Shown here: positions 26,131 through 38,900 of the stretch, one piece after another
Layout of the letters: every line of letters begins with the position of its first letter
Position numbering within the stretch: position 1 is the first letter of the stretch
From: Phoronis australis
Taxonomy: Eukaryota > Animalia > Phoronida
DNA: 63,918 bases
Reading direction: 5' to 3'
NCBI GenBank assembly: GCA_002633005.1
Contig: NMRA01000305.1
Span: forward strand, 280,195 to 344,112
Notes under the pieces: generated by a model
Database searches by the model: none
What the model was told of the DNA's origin: nothing
The model's input: the letters and a program-made list of their open reading frames with translations, nothing else
Made by a program: the position numbers and the translations under genes

Positions 26131-29100
26131 GCGTGTGCGTGTGCGTGTGCGTGTGCGTGTGCGCGCGCGTGTGTGTGTCAGTTGTGATTCATTTCATTTT
26201 GTATTTTTCAAAAGCAATGATTTTGATCTATCTCTATCATGGAAAACAATTTAACACTGTTTCATAAAATGAGAATTCTATGGTGGCGTGTGTTATTAAA
26301 ATGGTGCGACGCATGTGTATACAAAGTGTAGTAGTGTGGGGATGTGGCAAAAAGTGGAATCATGGGAGATCAAATGAGGGAGGATTGCCTCTCGCAGCTT
26401 TGACAAAATGGACTGAAGTTATGTTTTGAGGTGCAGGTCATTTATGACAGGGTGGAAAAGGATGGGTTCAAGGACAGACAGCAGAGAGCACAGAGAGGGG
26501 TCAGAAGATTCCCCTTCTGTCATGTCAGTGATGAATTGATGACAGACGATGAAAATGTCCAATTTTGTTGAGTGGAGGAACTCCAAAGAACTCAAATTTA
26601 TTGACAAGTCTAGAGTTGAACTTAAAGGGCATTTAACCAGAGCGCTTTGAGGTATCTCACCACCCTAATCGAATTTTGAATTGTTGGTTCCCAAAATTCC
26701 TTCACTGCCAAGTTTTTAAGAGCTGCATTTCCCATTGCCAAATATATTTTGAGGATATAGAGAACATAGGGTGCAATCACTAAAAACACTATGATATTGT
26801 TATTTTCGGGTGAATTGTTATGAAACTTTCAGGGTAAGATGCACACATATTGTTTTATGATATCTTGAAATTATGACATCATGCTTGGGGCAGAGAATTC
26901 ACGATTTCAAGTGAAAAACACTGTCAACCATTAATGAAGGATTTTAGTTGAAGTACATGCCCCAACGGCCCCTCGTTTGACATTTTAAACTCGGAAACTG
27001 TCTCAGAATCGTTTAAATTTTGTTTCAATTAAACCTCAGCATCAGTCAATTTAGAGGCCATTGTATCAATACCAATTCAACAGGTAAGCTATAGACAGAC
27101 ATTCTGCCAAAAAGAAAAAAATCGAAAAAACTGAATTTTGTTTGGAATTAAATAAACCTGATGCCGTGCCATCTGTTAATGCTGATACAATGTAGTCATC
27201 GCCCATGAAATTTAAAACAAGAACGGGCACCTCAGTGATCAGCGCATTTGGCGGTGAATGGGTTACTCACTGAAAAGTGTGCTTGCCAGTGAAAAAGTTA
27301 AACAAACTTATGTCTCAGTTGTCTTTGAAAGCACCGTCTTACCTCTTGCTGTCTCTGTAGAGTTAGTTCGAGGTAACTGGGGCACCCTACCATCCCCTGT
27401 AGCACCGTGAGTGGCCGTCACCTTTGACATGTGACTGTGCAACACTGCCAGGGCCGTGGACTCCACATCGGCAATGTTCATTTTCACAGAGTTCATCGTC
27501 AGGTCATCGTCTGTGTCATCCCAAGCATCCAGTGTTTTTTCCTGATATTTTTGAAATGAGTCGCGCGGTTTCTCTTTCTTGGGCGACGCTAGCCGACTGA
27601 AATGAACGATCTGGACTCAACAATGTGTTCATTCAAGGTCAACGCAGACGGAAGGCAACGCATCTTCAATACAAACGAGCTCAGCAAATAACTCAGGTCT
27701 GCTGCAAAATGACCCTTAAAGACTTTGCCTTGCGAGGTGGTGAAGCAAACGCCTCACTTGTTGGATGTATTTTACCTGGCAGGGCATGACATAAGCGAGT
27801 ACACGTTCGAAAATACAAATAGAGAAAGCAAAACACAAGTAAGAAATTGACTTCACTGCGCATCTGTGCATCATTTTTTGTCATCACTTTTTACAATGCA
27901 GAAAACGCTATTACTCGTATTTTCAAAAGGGCATTTTTGCCTGAGTCAAGCGCTATGTAAATCCTACTAGGGTGAGTGTCTACCTCCTGTTCACAAGATC
28001 GGAGGTTCGAATCCCAGAAAAGACACAACTCGGTCTTAATGTGTGTAATGTCTATCAAGTAAATGGTCTCAGGTCTTTGGAACAAAGGGCAAGGCTGAGC
28101 GCCCTTCGCGCGTCTGATGCAACGTGTATCAGACGACTAGCACAGCATTTTTACAGTCGAAACACAAAATACCGGGAACTAAAGTAGGACGATTAACCCT
28201 GATTATGAAAAAGAAAATTTTTGGCATTTTAACATCTATACCACCAAAAATAACTCAGAGATCACGTCACACCAATTGTTTGTTGAGATTCATTTTTACC
28301 TGTCCAAACCCAAAATACTGATCTCTTTCTGTCATGGTGTAGAAGGAATCAGACTATATTTTGTGTGACTGAGCAACCTGACTTGTAAAAAGCATTTTCC
28401 AAAAGAAGAAAGTATGAACAAAATGTCTACATCACAAACTGATTAACAATTGGAAACAGAAATGTAAGATGCATCATCGGAGGCCAATCCAGTATTTTTT
28501 AAAAGGGGGGAGCGGATCAAGGATTTCCAAATCAACAATTTGAAAATTCCAGATTTGATATCACTAAAATGAAGGGAAAAAGGGATGTCCAGACCCCTTT
28601 GACCCTGTGGATTCGCCTATGATCGAGAATTGAGTGCAACCAGCAAAATATTAAGAGGCTGTAAGCACACAGTCCGACCAAGAAGTGAACTTTTGATCTG
28701 AGACCATTTACCGCGATCAAGTTATTTTCAACTTGTTCTTAACTCCGATGACAAATGATTTCTGGGTTTATACAGAATTCATAGTTCGTTATTTGTTGAG
28801 ACAATGCTCTGTACATATAATTTCACGCTGTGACAAGCCAACTTGTAGAGTCTGGTTTCGAGTATTTAACAAACAGTTCCTTTGAAGCCTTGACATCACC
28901 TCTAACTTGACTTTAAAAGAAACAATACCAGACCACTTTCAAAATGGAAAAAGGTCTAAATCAAAAGTTGATTTTTGTGGTACAAGCCAGTTTTGCAGCC
29001 ACTTTAACAATTTTATCATAATTTACGCAATACTAATGTAACTGAGACAAATTGCCGTCGCTTACAGAGACACCTACCTGCCAATCTTATCATGCATAGG

Positions 29101-32100
29101 TGGGTGCTGGGCACCATACACAGGCCTGCAACAACACAACAGTATTGTAATACACTTCAACAGTAGTAAATACATTTTTCTATTTATAACACAATGGCAG
29201 AAAAGAACAGAATTATTGTACATTACATCAAATTGCCATATAAGTTTTCGGTTTGTACTGTTCTGGTGTCCATTTTTAATTCTGACTTTAATAATTAGTA
29301 AAATCTTAATTTTGGCATTTGGGAATAACTAAAAAGTTAACAGATTTGTTCAAATAAAATTATTTGTATTTTGAAGGTCATTAAAGAAAACAGAATTTTA
29401 GGGCATATATAGGCACAACTATCCACTCTCATTCCGTATTCCATAAAATAGGCAAAATTTTCATTTAAATAGCTTTTTCCCACCCACCATTAGATTGTTG
29501 AACATTCTCAAACTAGAAGCTGTGAGTGCTCCCTCTGTTGGTGCATTTCATCATAGGATTAGTGGCTCAGATCATTCCCAAAAATATGACAGTGTACATG
29601 TTTGTTTTTAATCTACGCTATGCACCATCTCAACAGTTCCTTAATAGTGATACAGAACCTAAGCAGTCTGAGTTTACTAAGAACGACAGTAAACAAGAGC
29701 ATAAGCTAATTGGTAGGACTGGTTCAGAACACAGTATTGGAGAGAAGCGCAATTGGATTGATGCGCTTACTTTCATGGACAATTACGCACAGCAAATTAA
29801 ATGATTTCAAATAGTCTGAAGTACCACAATACCGACTACAGCCGTCTGGGAATAATTTCGACAATTAATTCTCTAAAAAATTATTGAGATGTTCCCAAAC
29901 CAAGAGTAAACGCACACATTGGCCATCACTAACAATCAACAATACAGTTTGTACCTACTGTTATTGCTAGATAGACTTCTGGATTTGTCAATGGATTGAA
30001 TAAAGCGATTGTTATTAAGGGAACTACACGTCACAGTTCAATGTCATTGACATATCATAGGTCAGATGCAGCTCCTTGACTAGCTTGTCCGGTTCATCCC
30101 AAGAAATTTGACACAATTTGAACAACTCCAAATCCTAAAAGGCACAGAGAACTATAGGAAGACTACGGCAGAGGAGGTGGAAAATATATGTGCTACGGGC
30201 CAGATTCCACAGCAGTGCCAGTGCACTGAGTGGATGTGTACTCAAGCTAGGTGTTGTGAATGTTGGTTTGTGTGGTCTCGTCTTTCGCCAACTTTTAAGT
30301 TCATTCCTCGTGGCTCTTTAGAGTCTTGTTTAGATGTTCTAGGTACAATGACTTAGATGCGTCAGTTTCATTTCTTATGACTAACAATGCTAAGCTTCAT
30401 AACAAGATGGATGAGTTGAAGTCTGACCTTATTGAAAATCGTAGGGAAGTATCAAACAATTTTAACAAGTTGTTTGCAATGTTACAGACACAGTCGCCGA
30501 AGCGACCTTCTCCATCTTCACCAAGAGTTTCACCAAGTTCATCTCCAGGAAGATCTTCTAATCCTCCTCCCAGGTGTTTCAGGTGTGGAAAGCTGGGTCA
30601 TTGTCAGTTGGCTTGTTGGAATTCTGCTTCACCTCGTTGAATGAATTTTGATGATTCGCCAGATTTAAACGAGTGTGGGCTGGGAGAAGAGGTCTAACCT
30701 CAGCTCGTACCAAATCTAAAGACCTCCCTGACAGCAAGAAAGTAGTTGGCCTGTTAGGTTTCTTGAAAAAGTCTGTTCAGAAATTCATGAAACTTACTGG
30801 TTCGACTGGGTCTTTCCTTTCCGAGACAGCTGAGTTATCTACTCAGACTGCTGGTGAGTTCTCTGTACCTTCAACTGAAGATGATAGTATTGTATCTAAT
30901 CCAGTAGATAGTATTGAAGTTCCAGACTCATCAGCTGTTAATATTGCATCTGATTCATTGATAACTCAAGACGTTGCAGTTACTGTTTCACAGAATGTCC
31001 CAATAACTCCAGGGGTGCTCTCTCAGCCTGACTTCATCCCAGACATGGCAGTGAGTGGGAATGTCTGTGTCTCTCCTGCAGCTTCGATTGGCGAGTCTGT
31101 TCCAGAGACCATGAAGATTAAGAAGAGTGCACTTGCATTTCTTCCCAAAGTACACGAATGTGTTGGAACTAGGCAAGTGATTACAAATCCTGACTGCAAT
31201 CCTATACTGGTAACTCAGTCACTTTTTCTGTGTGACCTTGACGAGACAGATTTCGGTCTGTCCATTTTTACTTCAGATAGTGCAGATAATGAAAATTTTG
31301 ATCTGAAACCAGATGGTTGTTTTATTTATAACAATACAACATCTCCAAATGTTTTAAATATTTCAGCTAAACAGTCCACAGATCCTGATCTTCTTTCAAT
31401 ATTAATCGTGAGGTCACGCAGCCGGTAGATCTCAGGTTCTCTCAACCATCCATTAATTTTCTGTAGTAGCTTACTGTGCTACCTTGCTGTTGCTTGTTGT
31501 TTTGTCCACTATATGTTCTTTGCTTGTTACTTGTTCATATGGTCCTAATGTTAAAAGTTGTTTTTAATATATAGTACAGTAAATTCTTCTAGTCCACAAT
31601 TTTTTTTGACCATACGAACCTTGTAACTAGTATTTTTCAATTTTTTCAGGTATCCCCACGTACTTTTGTGAAGTATTCAGTTTTTTTATTGTAAATCCGG
31701 CCACATAGGCTTTAGCTACATAGTATTTTTCGTAGTATAGTTCTTAATTTTTCATTACTTGTGTATTAGACATTGGTCAGTTTATTTTTTACTATTTCAT
31801 TGGTTAAGGGGGGAGTAAAGGTTGGGTGGTGTTTTTTTCTATCATTCTTCTATTTAGGGAGGGGAGGAATGTTGTGAATGTTGGTTAGTGTGGTCTCGTC
31901 TTTTGTGTTGTCTCGTGTGTTCGTGTCCGTCAGTGGCCAGATGTTGTGAGTTTTAGTATTGTCACATGACTGGGGAATCATGGGATGCGCTCTCTTCGTC
32001 TGGTCCTGCTAAGTGCAGGACGCCTGCGTTGAGGCTCTCCATATCAAGCTTTCATATGAGTAAAGGTAGGCTGTACAAGAACCTGTGTATTAAATCACAA

Positions 32101-32496
32101 CATAGGCAAGTAACATATTGTTGTAGATGTGTTTCCGGTGAATCATATGAGCCTCTGTTAGCTATTCGCTAACGGGCAATTGCCTATTAGCTGATTGGTT
32201 AGCACGCTTGCTGGTTTTATGGGGGTCGCTGGTTCAATTCCCGGGTCGGGTAATCTCGGCTATTACTACAATACCATAACAATGCAGTGAAACTGCAAAT
32301 GGACAAGGGACATTTCATAAAAAGATCACGAACATAAAATCAAACTCATCAGGCTCATGCCAGTGGCTTGAGACGAAAGACAATTAAGCAATTAACATGC
32401 GATTACCACCCACCTTCCCGGTACACTTTGGGCATTTCTTTTCCAAAATGTCGGTTTCTCCTGCTCTTTATAATTTGGGTTTCCGAAGCTCGACAT
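17858..32496 (-). CDS. TBC1D22: TBC1 domain family member 22 (Rab GTPase-activating protein), about 497 aa, 12 coding exons
   Basis: Minus-strand exons in transcript order: 32414-32496 (second in-frame ATG at 32499), 29078-29125, 27343-27596, 25810-25986, 24892-24962, 24301-24429, 23479-23544, 22947-23067, 20807-20992, 19829-19956, 19258-19353, 17858-17992; all phases consistent. Motifs: FWKRNAQSVPG, VYGAQHPP, Arg finger IHIDVPR, Gln finger ASGYVQGMNDL, FAFRWMNNLLMRE, C-terminal LAEAFKLKYMFADAP. Confidence 0.95.
19382..19521 (-). mobile_element. tRNA-derived SINE, family B
   Basis: Reverse complement of the 56613-56778 body and head (CACGCCATCTGTTGGCCACATCACATG; CTTCTGCTAACCGTACAGATGCTCT). 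Confidence 0.65.
21132..22536 (-). mobile_element. HINE-like element spanning the assembly gap
   Basis: Reverse-complement 3' end (AACAAGAGCAACGCGGAGCGTTGAAATGCGCCC) at 21132-21164 and 5' end with (GGAC)n microsatellite at about 22425-22536; same family as 41319-42823. Continuity across the gap is inferred. Confidence 0.7.
21407..22140. other. Assembly gap (N run)
   Basis: Run of N; flanking TBC1D22 exons join in frame, so no exon needs to be hidden in it. Confidence 0.99.
26098..26178. repeat. (GT)n/(GTGCGT)n microsatellite
   Basis: Alternating purine-pyrimidine run read directly. Confidence 0.95.
27945..28150 (+). mobile_element. Diverged tRNA-derived SINE with tail related to family A
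   Basis: B box GGTTCGAATCCC near 28004-28015; tail TCTGATGCAACGTGTATCAGAC resembles family A TCTGGTACAACGTGTATCAGAC. Confidence 0.5.
30252..32281 (+). mobile_element. Degenerate LTR retroelement (Gypsy-like gag remnant), antisense within TBC1D22 intron 1
   Basis: 34-nt TG-starting sequence at 30252-30285 recurs (1 mismatch) at 31870 directly after a polypurine tract AGGGAGGGGAGGAA (31856-31869); 3' LTR ends in CA at about 32270 or 32281; zinc knuckle CFRCGKLGHCQLAC (CX2CX4HX4C) in ORF 30326-30640. No TSD seen. Confidence 0.75.
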
Positions 32497-32499
32497 CAT

Positions 32500-32907
32500 T
32501 GAATGTTCTGATGAGCAACATAACACTACACACGGCGGTTAGTATGTATTAGTAGATATCTCTTTAAAGAGTTAAAACTCTCCCTCATTTTATGGTCACA
32601 ACATCTGACTGTCGAAGATTTAGGATTTAGCGCATACTCAAAGGTGTAAAGCCAACAACTTCCGGGATTTCCCAAACATAGTTGAAAATCCAATTTTCGA
32701 ATTTTACTGCCATACAGAATATTTTTCATCAAATACATGGAAATTGAGTAGTACCGAGATATATTAGAGATGGTGAAAGATTTCTAATTTCAAGTATTGT
32801 AAAGTTTAATTAAATGCGAAAATAAAGGTGCAAAACTTTAATGACTTTCTTCAAGACTTCAAGCAGCCTCGTTTCGGTCTTGCTGTGGTGCCCTCCATCT
32901 TGAAATA
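32500..32907. promoter_or_regulatory. Putative bidirectional promoter between TBC1D22 (-) and ATP5F1C (+)
   Basis: Divergent start codons at 32496/32499 and 32908, about 410 bp apart; inferred from arrangement, TSSs not mapped. Confidence 0.65.
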
Positions 32908-35900
32908 ATGTTCACAAGAGCGGCCCTCAGTTTTGCGCCGCAATGGTGAGGATTTACCTATAGCTTACACTTAAACGATTGATTTTTGAATTCATATTTT
33001 TTTACAGAAAGCTCTAAACGAAATGCCAGTGTGTATGAACTGCTGATCATTCAGCAGATTTTCTATCGGTTTGGCCGAGGCTCTCTCGAATTCAGTCTCA
33101 GAACTTTGAAGTCTCGCAATCCTCGAACTTCACTCTTCTCCACTGCAGACCGGCACAGTCATCCACTTAATTCTCCATCTTCAAATTTTAAGTGACATAC
33201 TGGTGGCTTCCTTTTTTTATAGTGGTATAAACCGAGGATTCAGAAAGTAACTATGCTATAGCACATGTTCAGTGTCAGTGATAGCCAGCCAGCTGTATGA
33301 AGACTGTCGTCAAAATACAGCTAGGTACCTCTGTGTGTATTTCTTCCATAGACCCCGAAATTGCACACAGCCAGGGTAGTTCTGTTCGTCAACTCGCCGT
33401 GAAACTTGTATCAACATGTAGAGCTGAGTAAATACCGGACGGTGTGCATGCAAAATCTGGGAGTCAACCGACACTCACCTTGCCCATTACAGCCGTTTAA
33501 GTGAAAAACAATGCAATAAACGTCATTTTCTTGCATAACTCTCCGCCTTTTCTCTCAATGAAAAGTATGTCGTCGTTTTGAAAACAATACGCTCTTGTCA
33601 TGCGCACGCGGCATTTCCTAAATTTTTGCGACATCTCTCCGGAGATGATGATAGCTTGGCAGCAGCAAAATTTCTTCTCAAATTTCGTTTTTCCGTATCA
33701 CAATTCTAAAAATTTACAATGAAGTGAAACCAATTCCGATAATTTGTTGTGACGTGTACGCAGGCCTTTATCCAGGATTTTGAAAACGGTGTCCAAAATG
33801 GGGTTCCCAATATTCCAGGGCGTCCATGATTCCGATGCGTAACCCCCCACCCCCAGCAATACCCCCAAACACACAGATTTTTTTACAAAAAAATGTAAGG
33901 TTTTTACATCTAAGTTTATAAAACAGCCTTCTATGGTGAGCATTTTTACTAAAAAAACTGTAGACCAAGAATTTTACAATGCTGTCAATCAAGTCTCAAA
34001 ATAGCAACAATGCATATACTTTGTATATACATTGTATGTTTCTTCCTGCCTTGAAAAAAGAGCCCCCGCTGTGAGCCTTCAGAGGCTTCCTAGTATTCAT
34101 TACAATGTGCGAGTCCAAACTTGAAAGGTTCGTATTGACAGTGGGCGTCCAAATGATACACTGGGCGTCCTTGCCATGTTGTCCAGATTAGTGCTAGGGC
34201 CTCTATTTGGACGCCCAGGATGTATGCTGCATAAAGCCCTGTGTGTACGCAATCTCATGAAAGAAGAACAGTTGATTGAAGAATCGGCGAAAAAAGAAAC
34301 TGGCCAATAGGTGATGCATTATTTCTTGGCGCCGAAAGCCGTCGCCAAATATCTCTCCACATCTTTAGCAACAGAATAACGCTAGAACGCCATTTTTTCC
34401 AACATTGATAAATAATTTTGTTTACTCAAGGAAGAGTGCAGTTTTTAAATTAAGGACACTAATTTTGTGTCAGATTAATTTTATCTTGCCACTTTTTTAC
34501 CCACATTGGTGCAAAGCTTTATATTTATATACAGCTTTGTACCAAGGCTATGTCAGTGACTGGCAGTGTCTAGCAACTGCAATTTTGATTTCAAATTATA
34601 TCATCCTTGACCATCCGCGATCTGCCGCTTTTTGTGCAAATGCTTGTGCATATATCTGTCTTGTTGGGGGATGTAGGGAATTTCCCCTCTGAGAAGACAC
34701 TGGTACCTTTCCCTCAGGCAAGTGAGGACCTAGGCAACATGTAGCAGCTTGGTTCGCCGGTTAGGGGCTATAATACTTCCCACCGCTGTCTGTACGCATT
34801 TTGTTCCATGTATTTTCGACGGGCAGTAGGCCAAATCCGGCCACCGATTTTGAATTTTCACCTCGTCAAAAATACATTCCATACTTAAAACTATCACTTA
34901 AAAAAGCGCTTACTTTCTTCATTGGTCCTTTTTACTTCTATACATATCTTTGATGAAGTTTAGTTATGAGAATTAAGTTGACTTTGGCGAAGAATTCTAA
35001 CTCCACTTTTTTGGTTGCTGTTTACTTTTAAATCATGTGCGCAATTACCACAAAGTATGTCAACTGAGTCACGTGAGTTAGGCAAAGGCTAGCGCAAGAC
35101 TGAGCGAAGCGCGTGACGCTAGCACGTGACGCTAGCGCGTGACGCTTGCCAAAGAGCATGAGAAGGGGTCAGATGATATTTGTAAGATTTGTGTTCTTTG
35201 GACTTTTTATTCGTCAACTTGCGTGATTTCACGTAACTTCCTCAAAATGGCATCCGGTAAGAGAAACTCGAGCAAACCGCGACAGGTTTTCATCGATTTG
35301 TTTAAATTATCTTCACTGAATCATCACCAGACTTATGGTATGAGTTGTTTATAACTCCATGTGCATATATGCATGTTTCATGTGATTTGATTTTCTGTAT
35401 TTTGAAATGGGTAACTTTTTGTAGGGATGTACTATCGCCCCTATATGCCTGTGCGATGTAATTGCTTAGTGAGGACACTGTAAGCTTACTGGGTCAAATC
35501 GTAGCACACGGAAACAATGAGTGGACCATACTGTGATTGGAAAGTACAACGGACTCTAACAACTCATAATACCTAATTCATTCGACGTCTGGGATTGTGG
35601 CCCTGTAGTGTTGGAGTGCTCACTCACTAATAAAAATTTCCGAGAATATGCATTGTCTTTTATTTTTTGCTGATCATTTGTTTTCATTTAGTTACCTGTT
35701 CTCATTATAAGGTAATGCTGTCAATTCTAGTACTGTCTTTTTCTATCCCTGTTGTCTCATTTGTTAACAAATCTGATTTTCATTTCCAGTGGCCAGGTGC
35801 GGAACATGGCGACATTGAAGGAAAGTAAGTAGAGCAGTAATTGTTAATGTATGTATAGGCGAGACCAGGCCTTCATCTAGAGGGTGTCCGGGGTGTTCAA

Positions 35901-38900
35901 GTGGATGCCCTGACTCAACTTTAGACTCGCTAGCTAAGACGCTCTGTTAAGCATTTGACGTCGTATTCAGCATTTGGAGACAAGCGCTGAAAGCATTGGT
36001 GTTTCTTTTAACTTACTTATACACAGCTCTAGGAGCTCATTGCTCTGTCGAGAACAAAAAATTTAGTCAAGGCATTATGTAAGGTACGGTAGACTATTAC
36101 AGTAACAGTAATGGTCTACTGTACCTTACTGAGTACCATGTCTTCATAGTAACGTATCGCACTCTATTAGCAATTTGACCTGGGGTCAAAAAACTCAGTC
36201 GCACGTCATTGGTCATGGACTCACTGAGAAATTGGGATACCCACTTTGGAGGACTTATTTTTTGAAATTTGTCAGTCTGTGTCGTGCCCTTGATAAAAAG
36301 CATATTGTTTGAAACATGGTTAATATTTTGGTATATCAGGAATATCTATAGTAGCGGGTGCTACATTGCTCGTGCCTGGCGCATTTAAGTACTTAATGCT
36401 ATTCAACCAAAATTTGTTTGCTGGCATATTGTAGTGTTTGCATTGAGTCAGCAATAGTCTATGTTAAACTTGGCATTGATGATGTCTCTGCCTCCACCAA
36501 GGCATTTTGGGTATTGCTACTTGTGGTAAACACCTGTGTTTCCATGTAATCATTGGTTACAGTTTCCATCCGTCTCAAGTCTGTCAAGAGTATTCAAAAG
36601 ATCACCAAGTCTATGAAGATGGTGTCGGCTGCCAAATACGCCCGTGCTGAAAAGGAGCTGAAGCCAGCCCGACCGTACGGGGCTGGAGCCAAAGGTAAGG
36701 GTGTTGGGAGTTGTATGTGATAGAACTCTTCAAATGCTCTCATGTGATTAGTGTGGCTGTAACTGTGTGCGTTTATAAGGCTTGTGCACCATTTTTAAAA
36801 ATGTTTATTTCACCTAACAGACAGTACATAAAATAATACACGTGCCAGCCGTAAATGAAAAACATATGCCATACCCATACGTTTGAGGCTGCGTGGACAG
36901 ACGTCAGCTTGACGAACTTCTTGTCGAAATTATTGAGCTGTTCAGTTGTACTTTTGTCATAACGAAGTCGTGTATTTGTCAAAGTCAGAGTTTGATGTGA
37001 TTGTGCCTAGCCATTAACATCTTCATAAATGGTCTTACATTATGAGTAGTCGGTATTTGTACAAAGTGCGCAGAGCAACGCCTGTCCAGATTTAGTCAGC
37101 ATTAAAACTGATTCTGTTTGAAAAAAGTGGGTATTTAGTTGTAGGTTTGTGTGTTGACATTTGGTCAAATCGTGGCATTGCTCGGTTTAGTTTGAAAACA
37201 ACTGTGTGTCCACTGCAAAAAATGATATATGCTGTTAGGTAGTCGGTATAATAGGAACCAGTGTTCTCCATAAACTGTTCTGACTCATTGACAGTAACGA
37301 GTATGAATTCCATCTTGACAAGTTTGGCTTACTTGATTTGAGTCTGAAAACCTATGCATTGCGTTTGCACTTTTGGAAGATTAGTCTTTTCTTAACCAAG
37401 CTAGGACATTTTGGACTTTTGTCTTATATTTTAAGACCTAACATACATCTCCCTGTGGAATCGGCATAAACTTTTGAACATTTTCACTAATCTTGTAAAA
37501 CCCAGTGAATTTGAATTTTTTGAGTGTTGACCCTTCGAAGGAGAAGTATCAAAAATTGACCAAGAAACACCTAAAGAACACCTGGTTGGAGACATTTTCA
37601 TATAATTCATGCGCCTCTAAGGGATTATTTGGGGTAAAACATTTCTTAAGAAATTCGAATTGTTCCAGATATAAGGACCTGTTTATAAATACGCTGATAT
37701 ATGGTAGTGACTGTGCTGTAACTCTCTTTGTGCGGATCACTGGCTGGTTGTAGATTGATGGCTGGGGTGCATTGCAAGGTAGTGATCAGTAATGTAGAGC
37801 AGCAAATCGTCAACCAATGGTCGTCGCTCTAATAGCCAACGGAGAAAATAGAAAGCTCTAAAATGGCCGTGTTTGAAGATGGAGAATGTAGTGGTGGCTA
37901 AAGTAATATCGATGAACCCACCGGGAACTACCAGCATTTAAAATTTTCATCTCACTTTAGGGGTTTCTTAATAGTAGCATTTTATGTGTGTGTCTGTCTT
38001 TTACGTGTGTTGCTGTTACTAAACACTGGACGTGCTTCTCTTGCAGCTTTCTTTGACAAGGCTGAGCTGCAAGCGGAGGAACCCAAGCCTGCGACCCTGT
38101 TGATTGCTGTGACGTCCGACAGGGGTCTCTGTGGTGCAGTACACTCCACCATAGTGAAGCAAGTACGAGCCAAACTGGCCGAGGCAAAAAATCCCGAGAA
38201 TATCAAAGTTGTTGTCATCGGTGACAAGGCTAGACTCATGCTCCGAAGGTGAGCGTGTATTTAATGTATAGCGAACAAAGTTTATTTGTTGTAGATTCTT
38301 TGTTCACTGGCACTGATCACATATTTTAAAAGTTTTCAGTTGTTTATCAGGCTTTAGGGCTGATTCGACGCTATAGACACAGTGGTCATTCCAGAATTTC
38401 AAGTTTATGGTTTAAGTGACCCTGCTGGCAAGGGGCTTTTTGAGAAAATGTGTGGCTATTCATTAAATGTGTAAAACCTCTGCACCAACTTTGACAAAAA
38501 TAATTTCCAAACTGATCATTGCTCAAGGGCTGTGAGTGCACACAATTTCTCACATTGGTTGACGGTAATTACGGCATAGAGTATTAAAAATGATACGACA
38601 CTTATTTGGTTCTACTATCATTGTAATTAGTGATAAAAAATAATTCACTGGTTTACCATGTCGTATTTAAGTTTAACTTGGTATGTCACAGCAACACAAT
38701 AATGTGAAAGATTTATAATTGATATGTTAAGGGTAAGTCCTATCAGTCAGATATTTACTGCCCGTAGGACCCCGTTCTGCATAAAACCCTGCGTCAGTAT
38801 TTAGGCGGAGGGGACTAATGCCACTAAGACACGTTTTGGAATAAACACTGCAGATTATTAAGTTAACATAATGGTGCAGGAATGGGGGACTTTCAAGAAG

